A stretch of 62,216 nt of DNA, filler included, from Collodictyon triciliatum (taxonomy: Eukaryota), in the NCBI GenBank assembly GCA_043381765.1. It is 7 parts of 7 records of this genome, joined end to end, with 100 filler letters (N's around TTAATTAATTAA, not from the genome) between each part and the next. Parts side by side here need not be neighbours in the genome. Positions count along the whole stretch, not along the records: positions 29,610 to 39,638 come from JBHJMP010002814.1; positions 39,739 to 49,768 come from JBHJMP010002815.1; positions 49,869 to 59,897 come from JBHJMP010002816.1; 4 more parts are not named here. One strand, 5' to 3'. The position numbers and the translations under genes are program-made. Under the pieces are notes generated by a model, which was not told the origin of the DNA, searched no databases, and was given only the letters and a program-made list of their open reading frames with translations. Of this stretch, positions 37,709 to 51,587 are shown in pieces (position 1 is the first letter of the stretch; every line of letters begins with the position of its first letter).

Positions 37709-39005
37709 AAAGGAAAGAAATCGAGCAGTGAAGAGAAATGAAAATTAGGGTCATTAGTAGATAGAGACGAATAGGCTTATTATAAGTTTTTTTTTTTGAC
37801 AAAAGAGAATCTGCCTCGAAAAAAATCTAGCAGAAAAATGGTGATTAAGTACGCATTGTTTCCGGCAGCAGCTGGTGGTGGAGGTGGGACGGAGCCGGGC
37901 TTTGGCATATCCGTGCCATCAGAGTGGCTGTCTGAAAGGACAAATGAAGTGATGGTATTGAGGTCTCTAGCTTGGCGGAAGTCGTATACCTTGTTGTTCT
38001 TGAGCAACTTGACGGTGGGGTACCCGCGGACACCAAATGTTTGGCAGGTTTCTATGAGGTCAGAGAAAAAAAGAGAAAACCGGAATTGTAAATTGAGAAA
38101 TTATGAATATGTGAGGCTAATAACGAAATTGACAAGACTCTCCACTATCCTGCACAAAATTGAAAGGAAGAATAAAAAAAAAAAAACGAAACTGACAAGA
38201 CTGCAAAATACTCGTTCATGAGAGCCTGATTCCAGGTTATTTCTTGATAATAACAACAATATCGAGAATTTTGAATTGAACAATGGAATATATCAATAAT
38301 ATCGAAGCAACTTTGATGATACAGAATGATAATCGGTGAGAGGCGCAAATCAATACATACGCTGATTCTTGGTGCAGTCGACTTTCACAATGTATGCCTT
38401 TCCTACAAGGTTAACGCCAACCTAACATATGACAAATGAAGACTAGGTTATGTTCAAGAATGTATAGACATGTTATTAGAACAGAACAAGATAAAAAAAC
38501 TCTCAAGAAACAAAACAAATAAACAAATATATGCTTGCATACTTCATCATAGATGGGAGCGAGTTTCTTGCAGTGGCCACACCACGGGGCAAAGAACTTA
38601 ACGAGGGTGGGCTTTCCAGTTGCTTGGAATTCGTTGATCTGAAAAGACAAAGAAACCGTATGAGGACAAAAGTATAGTGCGGCCATATAAAGCCCTCGAT
38701 CTAGAAGGTGCTTAGATTCCCTCCGAACAACAGGCCTATGATGGGTCGAGATAAACCCGAACACGAAGACAGAGCAAACAAACAACTGTACTTCAGTTCT
38801 TGGCTTCAAGATCATTGAGCTGTGATCCAAAATGTCTTTGTTATCATTACAAATAAATAAATAAAAAAAAAAGGATGTTAATATAGAGAAAGAGGACGGA
38901 GTTCACCTTATCAAAGAAGTTCGAGTCTTCCAGGTCGATCACACTGGCATTGGCGCACGCGGCAGCCAAAAGGACGAGGCTGATCACAGCAAGGCGGAGA
39001 GACAT
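37196..39005 (-). CDS. Single-thioredoxin-domain ER membrane protein (PDI/TMX-like)
   Basis: Signal peptide [55 protein letters not shown]-terminal TM helix and a lysine-rich tail ending AEKKKD*. Confidence 0.88.
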
Positions 39006-39938
39006 CTTCTATAAATTCTGCATAGAAACAAGACGTTATATTCGGTATGGTTGATTCCCACAGGCTCTTACGTCCAGTCTTGAAAAATACTTGCTGGATT
39101 CCTCTGCCTGGCTGTGCACTCGCCTCGCGAACATGCTTGGGAAGAAATCTTTCGATGCCCGATGCTTAGAGCTGATTCATGAGGTGAATGTTCTTTGGGC
39201 TTCCGAAACATTCGAAGAAAGAATCCATTTGCGTATAAAGGATTCGTTATTGAATTTTCCATAAATGAATAATAGTCTGAAATTATACAAGTTATTTCTA
39301 AATTAGTGCCAACTATGAAAACAATCCGCGCAAAGAGGGCAGTGGGAAAGTAGAGTGTGCGTGCGAATGAAATAGAAACTCAAATTAATGGTGCAGAAGT
39401 GGCATTGCATTGACACGCTTGGCTGTAGACAGTGATAAAAAAAGTATATATATAAAAAAGAAAAGCCGCATTCAACTCAGGAAATAGTATCAAGAACAAC
39501 GTTTGTCACGCAACTCAGGTGGACTCAAAGAGTCAGAAGAATTGAATCGACCAGAAAACTCTTATGTTCTGTGACTAAAAACAAAACAAAAATCACAAAA
39601 CAAATAAAACAAAAAAAAAAAACAAAAAAACAAAAAAANNNNNNNNNNNNNNNNNNNNNNNNNNNNNNNNNNNNNNNNNNNNTTAATTAATTAANNNNNN
39701 NNNNNNNNNNNNNNNNNNNNNNNNNNNNNNNNNNNNNNTACTATTACTATTACTATTACTATTACTATTACTATTACTATTACTATTACTATTACTATTA
39801 CTATTACTATTACTATTACTATTACTATTACTATTACTATTAGTCGCATATGAAAATATTACGTTTAAATGTGTGTTATATTGCGAGAAAATACGCGTAA
39901 TATGGATTAATGAGCAATTTTAATACAAAACATTTTAC

Positions 39939-42168
39939 CTCAACAACATCTCCTATATTTGGTTTCGGTGCCGATTCAGTGGGAGATTCCCCTCTGTATT
40001 TCATAAATGCTGCGCTTGCTGGCGTTGGTCCAGGCGAGAGGACAAACCGAAAATGTGATGTTCTGATGATTGTTTACATTACATTATTGAGTATCCCATC
40101 ATAAACAAAAGGCAATCATTTACACAGTTTACACTCTACCTAACAATTGGTATGGTATTGTATCAGTGTATGTAAGGACACTATTTTATTAGACATTACT
40201 TCTGACATGGTAACAAAGCAAATGCAGCCTTACAAATATTCTTATTTTATTTAATTACACAAATAAAAGTTACGAGTTCGAGGTGTCTACATCAATTAGC
40301 CTTTCACACCATCCCAAAGTCGTATACTGTGAATGCAAGACATTGATTTAATCCCATTCCTTTTGTTATAACCAAACAGTGGCCATATTAATCCTCACAC
40401 GGCATGATTTAAGTATTCATAATACATATATATATTGATTCTAACTTCAAAGACGTGAACTGGTAAAGCATCGAAGAATTCATGTGCGATGACAATGGTG
40501 GGAGCTGATTCACAAATTAATTAAGTCAAATCGACAACCCTTCATATTCCTATGTCAATTAAGGAGAGAGAAAGCGAGTTCTATGATAAGATAACATACT
40601 TGAATCGCGAGGAAGAGCCGAAAACGAATCATACCACGAGACTAATGACCCGTCTTCCCTTGTAGCTGATATGACCCGGCTACTCCCCTGAGACTGGTTT
40701 GATTGAACTCCTTTGATAGACTTTGCAATTTCGCGGATATCTTTAGAAAATTGAGACTGGGTCTTTGCAGTCTCAGCAGTTGCCTCCCTCGGGGGATTTA
40801 TGTATCTTACACAGCCAAGTTTTTCGTATTGAATTTGACGCAGATGAGGGCTGACTTCAACCAAATTAAGGTTTACATTCCCTTTCAAGAGACCAAATTT
40901 TGATGTAAACTAGCGATTAATGACAATAAATTAGTATTCATTGCGTTATATGTAAAGTCACATTATTCCTTTTGCATTAGGAAGTAATAATGTAAATGAA
41001 TGCGATTGTTTCAACAAATTGGGTCTCTTCGCTTATGGGAATCAAATATGGGAGGTTAAAACACCACATGGGCTCACAAGGTGTCCATATATTAAAATAA
41101 TATATGTTTAACATTTTTATCGGTCATGTATTTGACCTTTAGAATATCAGCAGATAGAGTCCCGCGACCTGGTCCTAGTTCTACCAAATTAACTTTTTGA
41201 GGATATCCAAGTTTTTCCCAGGTGGTTACAAACCATATGGCCATCATCTGTTTATTTGACTTTGATCAGTTGTGCTTTGCTTTGGTAAAATCTATTAATG
41301 TGTGCATTTTCATTCTTTAAACGTTATGGCTAATACATTATAGTGAAACGATAATTAAATACCTCTCCGAACATCTGAGATAATTCTGGAGATGTTATAA
41401 AGTCTCCAGATTCGCCAAAGACATCCCTTCCCATATAATAACCAAGGGTGGGGTGAGTTAGGCATTCCCTCATGTACGAAGCTACACTTAAAGGACCCCT
41501 AAGCTGTTGTTTTTTTAATCTTCTAAATACGCCGATACTACAATATTATTACAATATTATAGTAGATTCACGGTATCTGCACATATGTGAATGTGCTGTG
41601 TACCTTGATTTTTTCCTGCAACAATGAACCTAGAGGTGTTATGGCAGGTTTTGAAGACTTTCCCTGAGACCCATCCACTGGCTTTTCCGAGGTATCGTCT
41701 ATTGTAAGTATATATGGAATCATTATGGTAACAACTAACATGATGATTGTATAAACGAAAGGAAGAAGCGCTTTCCTCTGCTTCTTTTTGCGCAAGCGTA
41801 GGCAGCAAAGGATAATCAAGGAGGTCAAAATATGCGAAGCAGGAAGAGGGCTGGTACAGGAGAGCGAGAGCAATCATGATTGAGTATACGTATGCATCTG
41901 CGCAAGACGTACATGTGTACTTTCGAAGGCCAGAGCGGTCGATGGTTATGATGTTTTCCAATGTGCCATTCTCCGCTTGCGGGCCAGTCTTTATATCGGC
42001 TGGAGCTTTCCACACAGACTTTTGACTTTTTGCGTCGTCCGAGTAACTGCGACCTTGAACAACAACCGGAGTCCACAACCCACGCAGTAGCAAAGCGGAC
42101 GGCCTTAGAGTCTGCACGATTCCGACGCCGGAATATAAACAAGATCGATTCTTTCGAAGGTGGATCAT
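39939..42168 (-). CDS. NDUFAF7: Complex I assembly arginine methyltransferase (MidA family), 3' truncated
   Basis: Presequence-like N-terminus, ITIDRSGL, GPLSVASYMRECLTHPTLGYY, GDFITSPELSQMFGE, LVELGPGRGTL, LVEVSPHL and IAHEFFDALPVH. Confidence 0.92.
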
Positions 42169-43078
42169 GGCTATTCAAAAGCCTGTGGACTGTGGGTCCG
42201 ACCGCAGTTAGAGCAGAGGCATCGCCAGTAAAGAACATAGTCTTTTGTTCACACATACATTTGTTTCTCTTTGCTTCTCTTTGTTTCTCTCTGTTTCTCT
42301 TTGTTTTTTCTTTGTTTTTTCTTTGTTTTTTCTTTGTTTTTTCTTTGTTTTTTCTTTGTTTGACTTTTATGGGGCGTATGTGACTGTCGTCTTTTGTATG
42401 ATTCTGCAGACACCTTTGTGGGTGTTTCGCAATGAAGTGGATTTCCTAATATTTCTTTGTGTGTGTTGTTTGTCGCATATTTGCCTTTGACTTTATTCCT
42501 GCGGCAGAAATGTGCGTTCTCGACTGTCCTGTTTTGTTATTACCATTCCCAGTATCTCTTTCTGTCTCTTTTTCTTACTTTCTGTCCCTCTTTCGTTCCC
42601 TTTTCTTTTTTTTCTTACATCGAGCATATCATACGAAAGAACGAAAGTAAGTTCCCACGAGGCGGGATATTTCTAAACTCCTGAATTATATGGTGTATAT
42701 GGCGCTATATTCACTTGTCCTGTTTTTATCTCAATCTAGGGGTTGCTTTTGTGCTTCCCACAAACTCTAAATCGCTTATTGCACACTTATCTTGTTTTCA
42801 TTTCCCTATACCATTTTCTTTCATATGACCAATTCACTTCACGTTTCCTTGTTTCTTCATGGCACGATGCTTATGTCGAAATAAACGCACTTAATTGGTT
42901 ATCGGGCATTCCGCAAGTGAAGAACACAAAGCCAAGATATCAGCAAGAATTATATAATTAAATATGAAACATACATTTTTTGACATGAATAAAATGGGAG
43001 AATGGGAGAAATATTTTCGAGAAGTCTTTTTATAAACATGTATTTTTGTTTATCAGCGCCAATAGACACGTGTATTTA

Positions 43079-44719
43079 TTACGCCTTCTGCGCCAGGGCG
43101 GTGAGGCATTGATTCACAACATTCAGTAGTGGAGGATTCTCCAATGCAGCACATATCCTTTCTTTATCATTCAGCTGCTTATTCACTAATTTTGTGCAAC
43201 GCCATATACATAGTTTGGATTAGAGAAATTACTGCACTTTTTTCTATTAAAAATATGCGATGATACCTTTGATGAACCAAAGTGATGTGTTTTAAGTTTT
43301 ACGTGATTCCTCTGAAGAGTGAGAACCTGGCGACACAAGAACCGTTACCTGTGAACATATTTTGAATATACCCGCCTTTTCTTGAGTATTTTTTGCATTT
43401 ATTTTTTCCTTCAATCAATTCAAATTGCTTTTTTTTTAAAAAACATTAAAATTATATAAGCTAACTGAATAAAGATGAATGATGCCTTTACATTATGTGT
43501 ACATGATGGGATATGTGTTTACAGACCTTGAAAAATTGGGGCAAAGTCCTCATAAGTTTCACGCGGATACACAAACCAATCAGTGTGGACATGGAGCAGT
43601 GTGGGACCGTGGGCGTAAATAGGACTTGCAGTCGGCTGTTGTTAATTTCGATATGCTCTGTCCTGCGTAATACAATGTGTCGATGTTGGGGTTAATGGGA
43701 TTGTTATATTCAACCCTGAGGGAATTAAAGCAGCTGTTTAAGTCCACGCATTGTGGTAACAACAGAACGAATATTAATGCCATTTCCCAAATGTTATAAT
43801 CCAAAACAAAACAAAACAAAAAGAAGGAATACACGAGCATCACGGCTCACTAAATCATCATTAATCGGACTTAGGTCAACACCTTACAACATTCAGCTGC
43901 TCTAAGGAATATGGGTGCTCTGGGTCCTGTTCAAGTGTAAAATAGCATGTTTAGACCTTAAAACATTTTATTAAGCACCCATATTTAATTGAATAAATGA
44001 GGGAAAAAATAAGCACCCATACTTGATAATATATAGCCAAGCATGGGCTGTATTGGATGTTGTAGTTTTTTTTATATAGTTACACCAAAATATTGGCAAC
44101 ATGTTTTTCTTATAAAAACGAGTTATTTCAGCCATAAATAAAAATAAAATAAAATAAAATAAAATAAAAATAAAAATAAACGAGGCTCATTCAAGGTACA
44201 TTTGAACATAACCGAGCCGTACCTTTATATCTCTTATGTATTCGAATATTTCTTCTGTTGTGAAGGGTTCTGCAGAGAGGTATAATATTAGAACATAATA
44301 GCATCTGTTTTTTTTTTCTTTTCGCCTTCGAGATAACACAGCCTAGCCAAATGCATCANNNNNNNNNNGAAGGGTTCTGCAGAGAGGTATAATATTAGAA
44401 CATAATAGCATCTGTTTTTTTTTTTCTTTTCGCCTTCGAGATAACACAGCCTAGCCAAATGCATCAAGCGCTATGAGCTTGTTACGGGGTACTATTGAGC
44501 TTCACCATAAATTAAAAAAGAAAAAAAAAGGGCAAAATAAAAAAAACCAAAGTCTTCGAGCTCTTCGTCTCCATCTTGCTTTGTCCATTCGTCTGCCCAG
44601 AAGCCCTTCCCTATCTTTAGAGAGTCTTGCACGATTCTACCCGCGCGTGAATCGGCCCTCTTTGCGGAAACATCGAAGACGATTGGGTTTGGATTGATCT
44701 TCTCGTCTCCGGGTTGCAT
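43079..44719 (-). CDS. CIA2: Cytosolic iron-sulfur assembly component 2 (MIP18/FAM96 family)
   Basis: [62 protein letters not shown] and [16 protein letters not shown]. Confidence 0.92.
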
Positions 44720-45459
44720 GGCTAAATAAAAAAAATAACCTTCTTAAGTATGTTATCCTTTGCTAGCCTTCAGCTCACGGGGCCCCCAAACAAAATACTA
44801 TGAACATATATAATCATACCATCGGGAAAAATGCTGAACGAAAGTAAATCAATGGGAAAAAAAAAAGGAGAGATAAAGAAATAGAAGGAAAAACAAAAAT
44901 AAAAAGTATTCAGGGAGATTGGGAAATAAAACCAGGGTTCGTACTCTTCCCTTTGTAAATTATTCCACATTATTAATGTAAACTTATTATGGAATATATA
45001 ACAATTAAAGACAACATTGTCATGTGTGATTTCAATTGGCTGTGGTATGATTTTTTTATCAACCAAACTAATTACAAATATATACATTCAAATACACCAT
45101 GAATCATTTCACTAGCAGGACGAATAGTTTGCTGTGTTCGAAAATATTGTTCCCGCAGTGCAAGCAGACGCGTGACCTCTGCAGCCAAAACAGAAAACAA
45201 AGCGACTTTTGGGCCTCAAAGCTATTGCCTTTCTCTATTCCAAACACGAAACTCTTGTCCTACCGCCTCGCCTCCTGACAGAAACGATGATTGCTAAGGG
45301 CACATATATTTGAGGAATAAACAACTTCTTTTTCCTTTATTCGCCACCCACACATCTCTCAGTGTTAACATTCAGTCAGCCAGCCAGCCTGCCAAAAAGG
45401 GTAGTTCACTTGACAAAAATAAAGTTGTATCTTTTTAGAGAGGAAAAAAACTGGTGCAA

Positions 45460-46575
45460 ATGGACCCGCAAACTCCCGTAGAGAGAAGCCCTCCGATAGC
45501 AGCCGAATACTCACCTGATAGGCTCACATCACCCACACGCCACCGACCTCCTCCTATTACCACAAAATCTGCGGTGAACTTTACTCTGCCCACACAGAGC
45601 GAGCCGAAGGCACCGATACCCTCAGCATTGCCTTTTGGTCTTCCGACTCCGTCCTGGATGAATCCAGTTTCTGTCGGCGAATCCCGAACCATTTCATCAG
45701 GTCCACCCATGCTGAAGCCGGCTCGTCTTCAAAGGTCTGATGACGGAATCTTCCAGTACGCCCGCCCGTCTTTCTCGCCGCTGGGTGATGTTTTTGTCGC
45801 TGGTGTTTTTGTGGAGGCTTCACAGCAATACTCTGGTGTTGCGGAGCGAACTGCTCTTTACAGCCCATCCAAGCCTATCGAACAACCTCCAGGTCACAGC
45901 CCTGACGAAAGGATTCATGAGTCATTCTCGATGAATAATATTGCCGGGTCTGCTGGGCAACAGTCTGCTCTGGAACACAACACTGCTGACAACAAAACAT
46001 TCGTTGCGAGCCAGCAACTTGAATCCCCGAATGATTTCCAGGGTCTGCCCAACGCTGATATTGACGAGCAGAAGCAGCAATATATGGATTATCTTCGGAG
46101 CTTGTCTTCTGCTCAGTTATCGCTAGCTCATAAATCAATGAGGAATCTGGAATCTGGGAATATCCCGTTGTATCGGCTGTCTCCAGACCCGGACCGGCAT
46201 CTTGTGGGTCGAATCATATACAGATTTTCTCTTCAAATTCCCGAGCATACGTTGAGGATTTTGGTAATAACGTCATTCTTGTTTAATCGTACTCAAGTCA
46301 TTCTTCTTCCTTTTTTTTATTCCCCCTCGCCCAGTTTACCCAAGGACTTCGTCTCACTTTATACTCGATGAACATAGGTGATTCTCTGGCACTTTTTATA
46401 CGCTATTTCTGTGGTTGGCTCTGTCATTGAATTCTACATTGGCACACTACCCCAATTTTACAGTGATTCGTATACTGGAAACTGGTTGGTGGCCAGTCAA
46501 CTTCGTTTTTTTTCGCTTCATAAATTATTGATTTTTTTTTAGTATCCTCAAAATTCGTATGCAGTACTTGGCTAT

Positions 46576-46666
<91 letters not shown>

Positions 46667-49432
46667 TTAGATATGATGTGATTTTTTGAATCTTTAATTC
46701 AACAAAATTCATGGCAAGCGATTTATTAAACTACGTAGGGGAATATTGGATTACATATTCTCAATTGTTTTTACAATCGATCTGGTCTTCCGATTCATGA
46801 TGACACCATGGCGAAAATTCCTTACGGGTGGGTTAATATGTGAATTCTTCACAAAGGAAATACATGAGCATTAAATTTTAGATGGGTAACGTTTTTTTTT
46901 TCTTTTTGCAGATGTGATGAATTATCTCGACATACTCGCACTGCTTCCATTTTACATGTCACTCTTCACAATGGTTGGCCCTCTGATACACTTTTTTTTT
47001 ATTTTAAGATAATCTTTAAATAATACCAACCAAAACTGCAAATGACTATTTTCTCCCGAAAGCAACTCTAGTGTAATTTTTCTTCGTAATTATATGAACG
47101 AAAATATAAGGGAGTCCATAGCTTAACTCTCTTCCGAGCCATTCGTTTGCTTCGAATCTTTCGGATATTCAGGCTCTTTCACGTCAATCGCTATTGGAAA
47201 GGCTCATCGGTAGATTCATCAATATACCATCAATATATGTAAATCAAGAGAATCAAGTATTCAATACAAATCAGCTCCAGACCTAACAATATAAACTATT
47301 TTCTCTCTTTTGACTGTATTATTAATGAAATTCAGGCAATATTCGATACATTTCGTGCGAGTCAACATATGGCTGTCGTATTGATATATTACATGGCCAT
47401 ATTTATTACAATAATGTCTGCCTGTGTCTTTTTCATAGAAAGGGGGGAATGGAGTAGTGAAAAATCCCGATGGGAGACAGATGGAAATAGGAGGTAAATT
47501 TAATCCCAGTTATTATATATTTTCTATATATCAATTCATTATATATACACCTGATGATACAAAGTAGTATACTCTAAAAAAATTTATAAAATAAAACCCC
47601 CAAAAGTAAATTTGACTCTCTTTTGACTGCTTACTGGTGGTGTGTTGTTACCGTTGCCACAATTGGCTATGGTAAGTTTAATACGATAAAAAAAATTAGA
47701 AAAGTCCGCATATGCACTAATGTATTCCCATTTATCCTACAGAAAGTTTATTATATTTTTTACTCTAAAGCACTCCCTTATCGATTGTAATAGGGGATAT
47801 TGTGCCAAAGACTTCGTTGGGTCGATTTTTTGGAATCATCACAATGCTCACAGGAGTTCTTGTATCTTTTAGTATAACTTATAGGAATTAAAGCATGAAA
47901 TTTTATCGTATTCATTACATGTCTAATTAGATGGTAGCCTCCATTATATCAGTAATTGGCACTCACTTCAAACAAGAATGGCATTTAAAGAGATTTCGTG
48001 TTGGGGTAAAGTTTGACGAATATCACATTTACCCGCTTAATCAATTGACCGAAAGGAAATTTCATTTAGGACAAGCTCATATTAAACGCATCCAGAAATA
48101 AAGCGGCAAGATCAGGCTATCAAGTAAGAGCAAGAATTCATCGAAATGTATCTATTACTTGAATATGAACTCAATTTACCCTATATTTGATGCTGTTTCT
48201 AGACGACCTTTCGATATAAACTACACCGCTTCCTTGATGGGCAAGTGCGTGGATTTTATGTGAGTAATTATTATAATTATATTTTATAGCTAGAAACATC
48301 TGCCTCGGTATATTATTGAAAGTGATTTTACTTTGAATGGAATGAAGGAAAAATCATATTAAATGATTTGTTATACTAGAGTCGAATGTACCACGTAACC
48401 TTGATATTACTTGTTATCTGTTCGATAATATTTATGATAATTCAAAGTTATGAAGCTTTTGATGAAGACAGAAATGATATGAGTTGGTGGGTCTAAATCT
48501 TTTCAATTTAAAATATTTTTGTTGTAATTTCTATCATGCTCGTAACATTCTTTATCTATTCCATCTAGGATAGTGCCTGAATATATATACACGATTATAT
48601 TCACATCGGATTTGTTATTGCGCATAATTACGGCCCCTAACCCAGTGTCATATGTGTTCAGTTAGTGATTTTATTATATCGTAATAAGTGCAATATTTCT
48701 TATCAAAACCACATAATAATTTGCACTTTATACAGAACCTAGGTCATTTTTCGATTTGGTTGCTCTGCTCCCTTTTTATCTTGACTTTATATCAACCAAG
48801 GTACTTTTCAACCCCTCGATATCTTGCTCGTCTTAATTATTTTTTTATATCTAACACTTAATTTTTCATCCAATTTCCAATTTGGACCCATATACCGTAT
48901 ATAGGTCATTCAAGGATTTCCAGCTTGGAGAGCGATAAGATTGATGGGAATATTTCGTATATTCAGACTAGGAAAGTATTCAAAAGGATTTAGGGTTTGT
49001 TGGTCTTGAAAAGGATGTATATCATGCAAAAAGAATAACATCACCAAAGCTCACCAGAAAGAAAACACATACTAATGTATTTTTCTTTTAGATTATAATG
49101 GAGACTATTGTGAAATCGAAGCACGCTGTATATCTATTGATCTACGTTATCTTGATTGACCTTTTCGTTTTTTCATCTGCCTTGTATTATGCCGAGCGCG
49201 GGGAGTATCATGACAATAGGTTCTGTCGGTCTTATGAAAACAAAATATGCGAGCCAAGGTTTTCCTCTTTGAAATGCATTCTTCATTATTATTTTACCAT
49301 TAAACACAAAATTCGTGATTATTTTTATATTAAAAAAAGACGAATGAGTACCGATACATATAAATAGTCCGTTCGGGAGTATTCCTGCCTCGTTTTGGTG
49401 GGGAATAATTACAATTAGTACTGTTGGATTTG
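45460..49432 (+). CDS. Voltage-gated K+ channel with two tandem 6TM units; 17 visible exons, 3' truncated
   Basis: Unit I: S3 NYLDILALLPFY, S4 FRAIRLLRIFRIFRL, pore YWWCVVTVATIGYGD and S6. Unit II: S3 FFDLVALLPFY, S4 WRAIRLMGIFRIFRLGKY, pore SIPASFWWGIITISTVGFG. The linker exons are stop-free and in frame. Confidence 0.85.
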
Positions 49433-49941
49433 GTTTGCATTCACAATCTTAAAGCTCACCATTCGCAAAAACTTTATTAAATATGAAATTTGATAGCAAG
49501 AAACGAAAAAGGAATTAGTTAAGTGTCAAATAAATAAATAAACAAATAAACAAACAAATAAACAAACAAATAAACAAACAAATAAACAAACAAATAAACA
49601 AATAAATAAACAAACAAATAAACAAATAAATAAACAAATAAACAAACAAATAAACAAATAAATAAATAAATAAACAAATAAACAAATAAACAAATAAATA
49701 AACAAATAAACAAATAAACAAATAAACAAATAAACAAATAAACAAATAAACAAATAAACAAATAAACANNNNNNNNNNNNNNNNNNNNNNNNNNNNNNNN
49801 NNNNNNNNNNNNTTAATTAATTAANNNNNNNNNNNNNNNNNNNNNNNNNNNNNNNNNNNNNNNNNNNNTTGATGAGTTGTGAACGATTCCAACGTCCATG
49901 TTTTTTTTTTTTTTTAAAAAAAATAATGTATTGGTGTGTAG

Positions 49942-51382
49942 GGGCGACTATGTTATCAGTACCTCTGGATTTGACGTGCCCGTCACTATTACTCCCCTCG
50001 ATGCCCAAACGTAATTTCACTCCATCAAATCTAAATGAATCAGCTTTTAAATTCCTCCATTTGCTTAAAACTGAGATGAATAAATATCACCCTAATCAAT
50101 TACTTTGCATTGTTTGTAGCTTTGCCGTGGAGGTTGATGGCAAGAAGGTCACACTGAGCACCGACTGGAAGGTTTGATTTATTACTCTTGATGCTCTCTG
50201 GATTTCCTTGTCTAAATTGCATACCTGGTTTTTTCTTTGTACGGGAAAGATTTATTGCGAGGTTGATATTATGATTAACATGTTTATTTTTTTTTAAAGC
50301 TCGATACACCAATTGTCGAGTTGGTAGTTGGTGGTGAGCACGTAATTATTCAAGTCCCAAATCGCACCACGACGGGTTTCAAGGTCGTCATTTCGGGAAA
50401 TCCTGTAAGCTTTAACCATTCTCTACTATATGGGTTATGATTGATGAACAAAAACAAGTTCAATTTTATCCTACTATGTGGATTTTTTTGGGGGAAAAAA
50501 AAAGAAGAGCCTAACGGACTCTGATATCGCGATAGTATGATGTATCCGTTCGCACACAGCGCCAGTTTGAGCTGAATAAATTCATGCCGATAAAGAAGGT
50601 AAAGCCTTCGTCACCGCTCTAAATTTTATCTAAAACATGGCAGTCAGCATTCCTCTTTCCTTTCTTCTTCTTTTTTTAAATTTATTATACAAAAAGATAA
50701 AAAAATCATTTATTTGGTGTTATTCCATCCGAACCCGTGCGGGCAAATATTTATACGTATGTTCATCTCATTCCGCCAGGCTATCGACACGAGCAAGTTC
50801 CTTCTTTCTCCCATGCCTGGTGTCCTTCACTCGGTTGCTGTCAAACCAGGAGACAAGGTAAGTCTCATGACAAAGCAACCATCCAAATATCATGGGAACC
50901 CATCAACCTCACTTAATTTCAGCCACAAGAAAAAGAAAAAAAGAAAAAAAGAAAAAAAAAAGAAAAAAAGAAAAAAAGAAAAAAGAAAAGAAAAAAGAAA
51001 AAAGAAAGAGAAAAAGAAAAAGACAGTGCGTTATCTACCTCACCACCCATCTTGCAAAATACTAACTGACCAACAAATACATCTTTCCTGTGCCCACCAT
51101 ATGTGGATGAAAAATAAAATGAAATATTAGGTTCTTGCCCAACAGGAGCTCGTCATTGTGGAAGCCATGAAAATGCAGAACGTGCTCCGTGCAGAGCGCG
51201 ATGGCATTGTAAAGGAAGTGAAGGGTATGGTGTACTCCACAATCATCACTACAAATAATCACAAATAATCACACTATCGATCGAAGAAGGGAAAAGCAAT
51301 AACCACAATCACACCACAAATACCAACAGTCAAGCAAGGAACCAGCGTTGCCGCCGACGACATTCTCATTTCCTTCGAGTAA
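49942..51382 (+). CDS. PCCA: Propionyl-CoA carboxylase alpha subunit, C-terminal part (BT and biotinyl domains)
   Basis: ELNKFMPIKKAIDTSKFLLSPMPG and biotin-attachment motif VEAMKMQNVLRA; stop TAA at 51380-51382. Confidence 0.82.
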
Positions 51383-51587
51383 CCGCATCCTGAACCAAAC
51401 ACCGTGCACCCACCCGGCATCTGCTAGCCAACAAGAATAAAAGCAAAAGCAAAAGCAAAAACAAAAACAAGAATAAAAGCAAAAGCCAAAAGCCAAAAGC
51501 AAACTCAACTTCATATGCTTGTGTTTATTCACTCCCGTGGCCAAGAGAACCCCTCGCCAGAAAGAGCGACAGAGACCAGCAGCCATC

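Noticed and set aside
44262-44466. Direct repeat of about 97 bp around a 10-N gap
   Set aside because: An identical copy on each side of a gap indicates an unmerged contig overlap.
47862-47930. Possible U12-type intron (donor GTATCTTT)
   Set aside because: No TCCTTAAC-like branch site near the acceptor, and no other minor-intron signals were noticed.
12080-49432. Kv-beta-like gene and Kv channel as a linked channel system
   Set aside because: They lie on different contigs joined artificially, and the channel shows no T1 domain, which is the Kv-beta docking site in animals.
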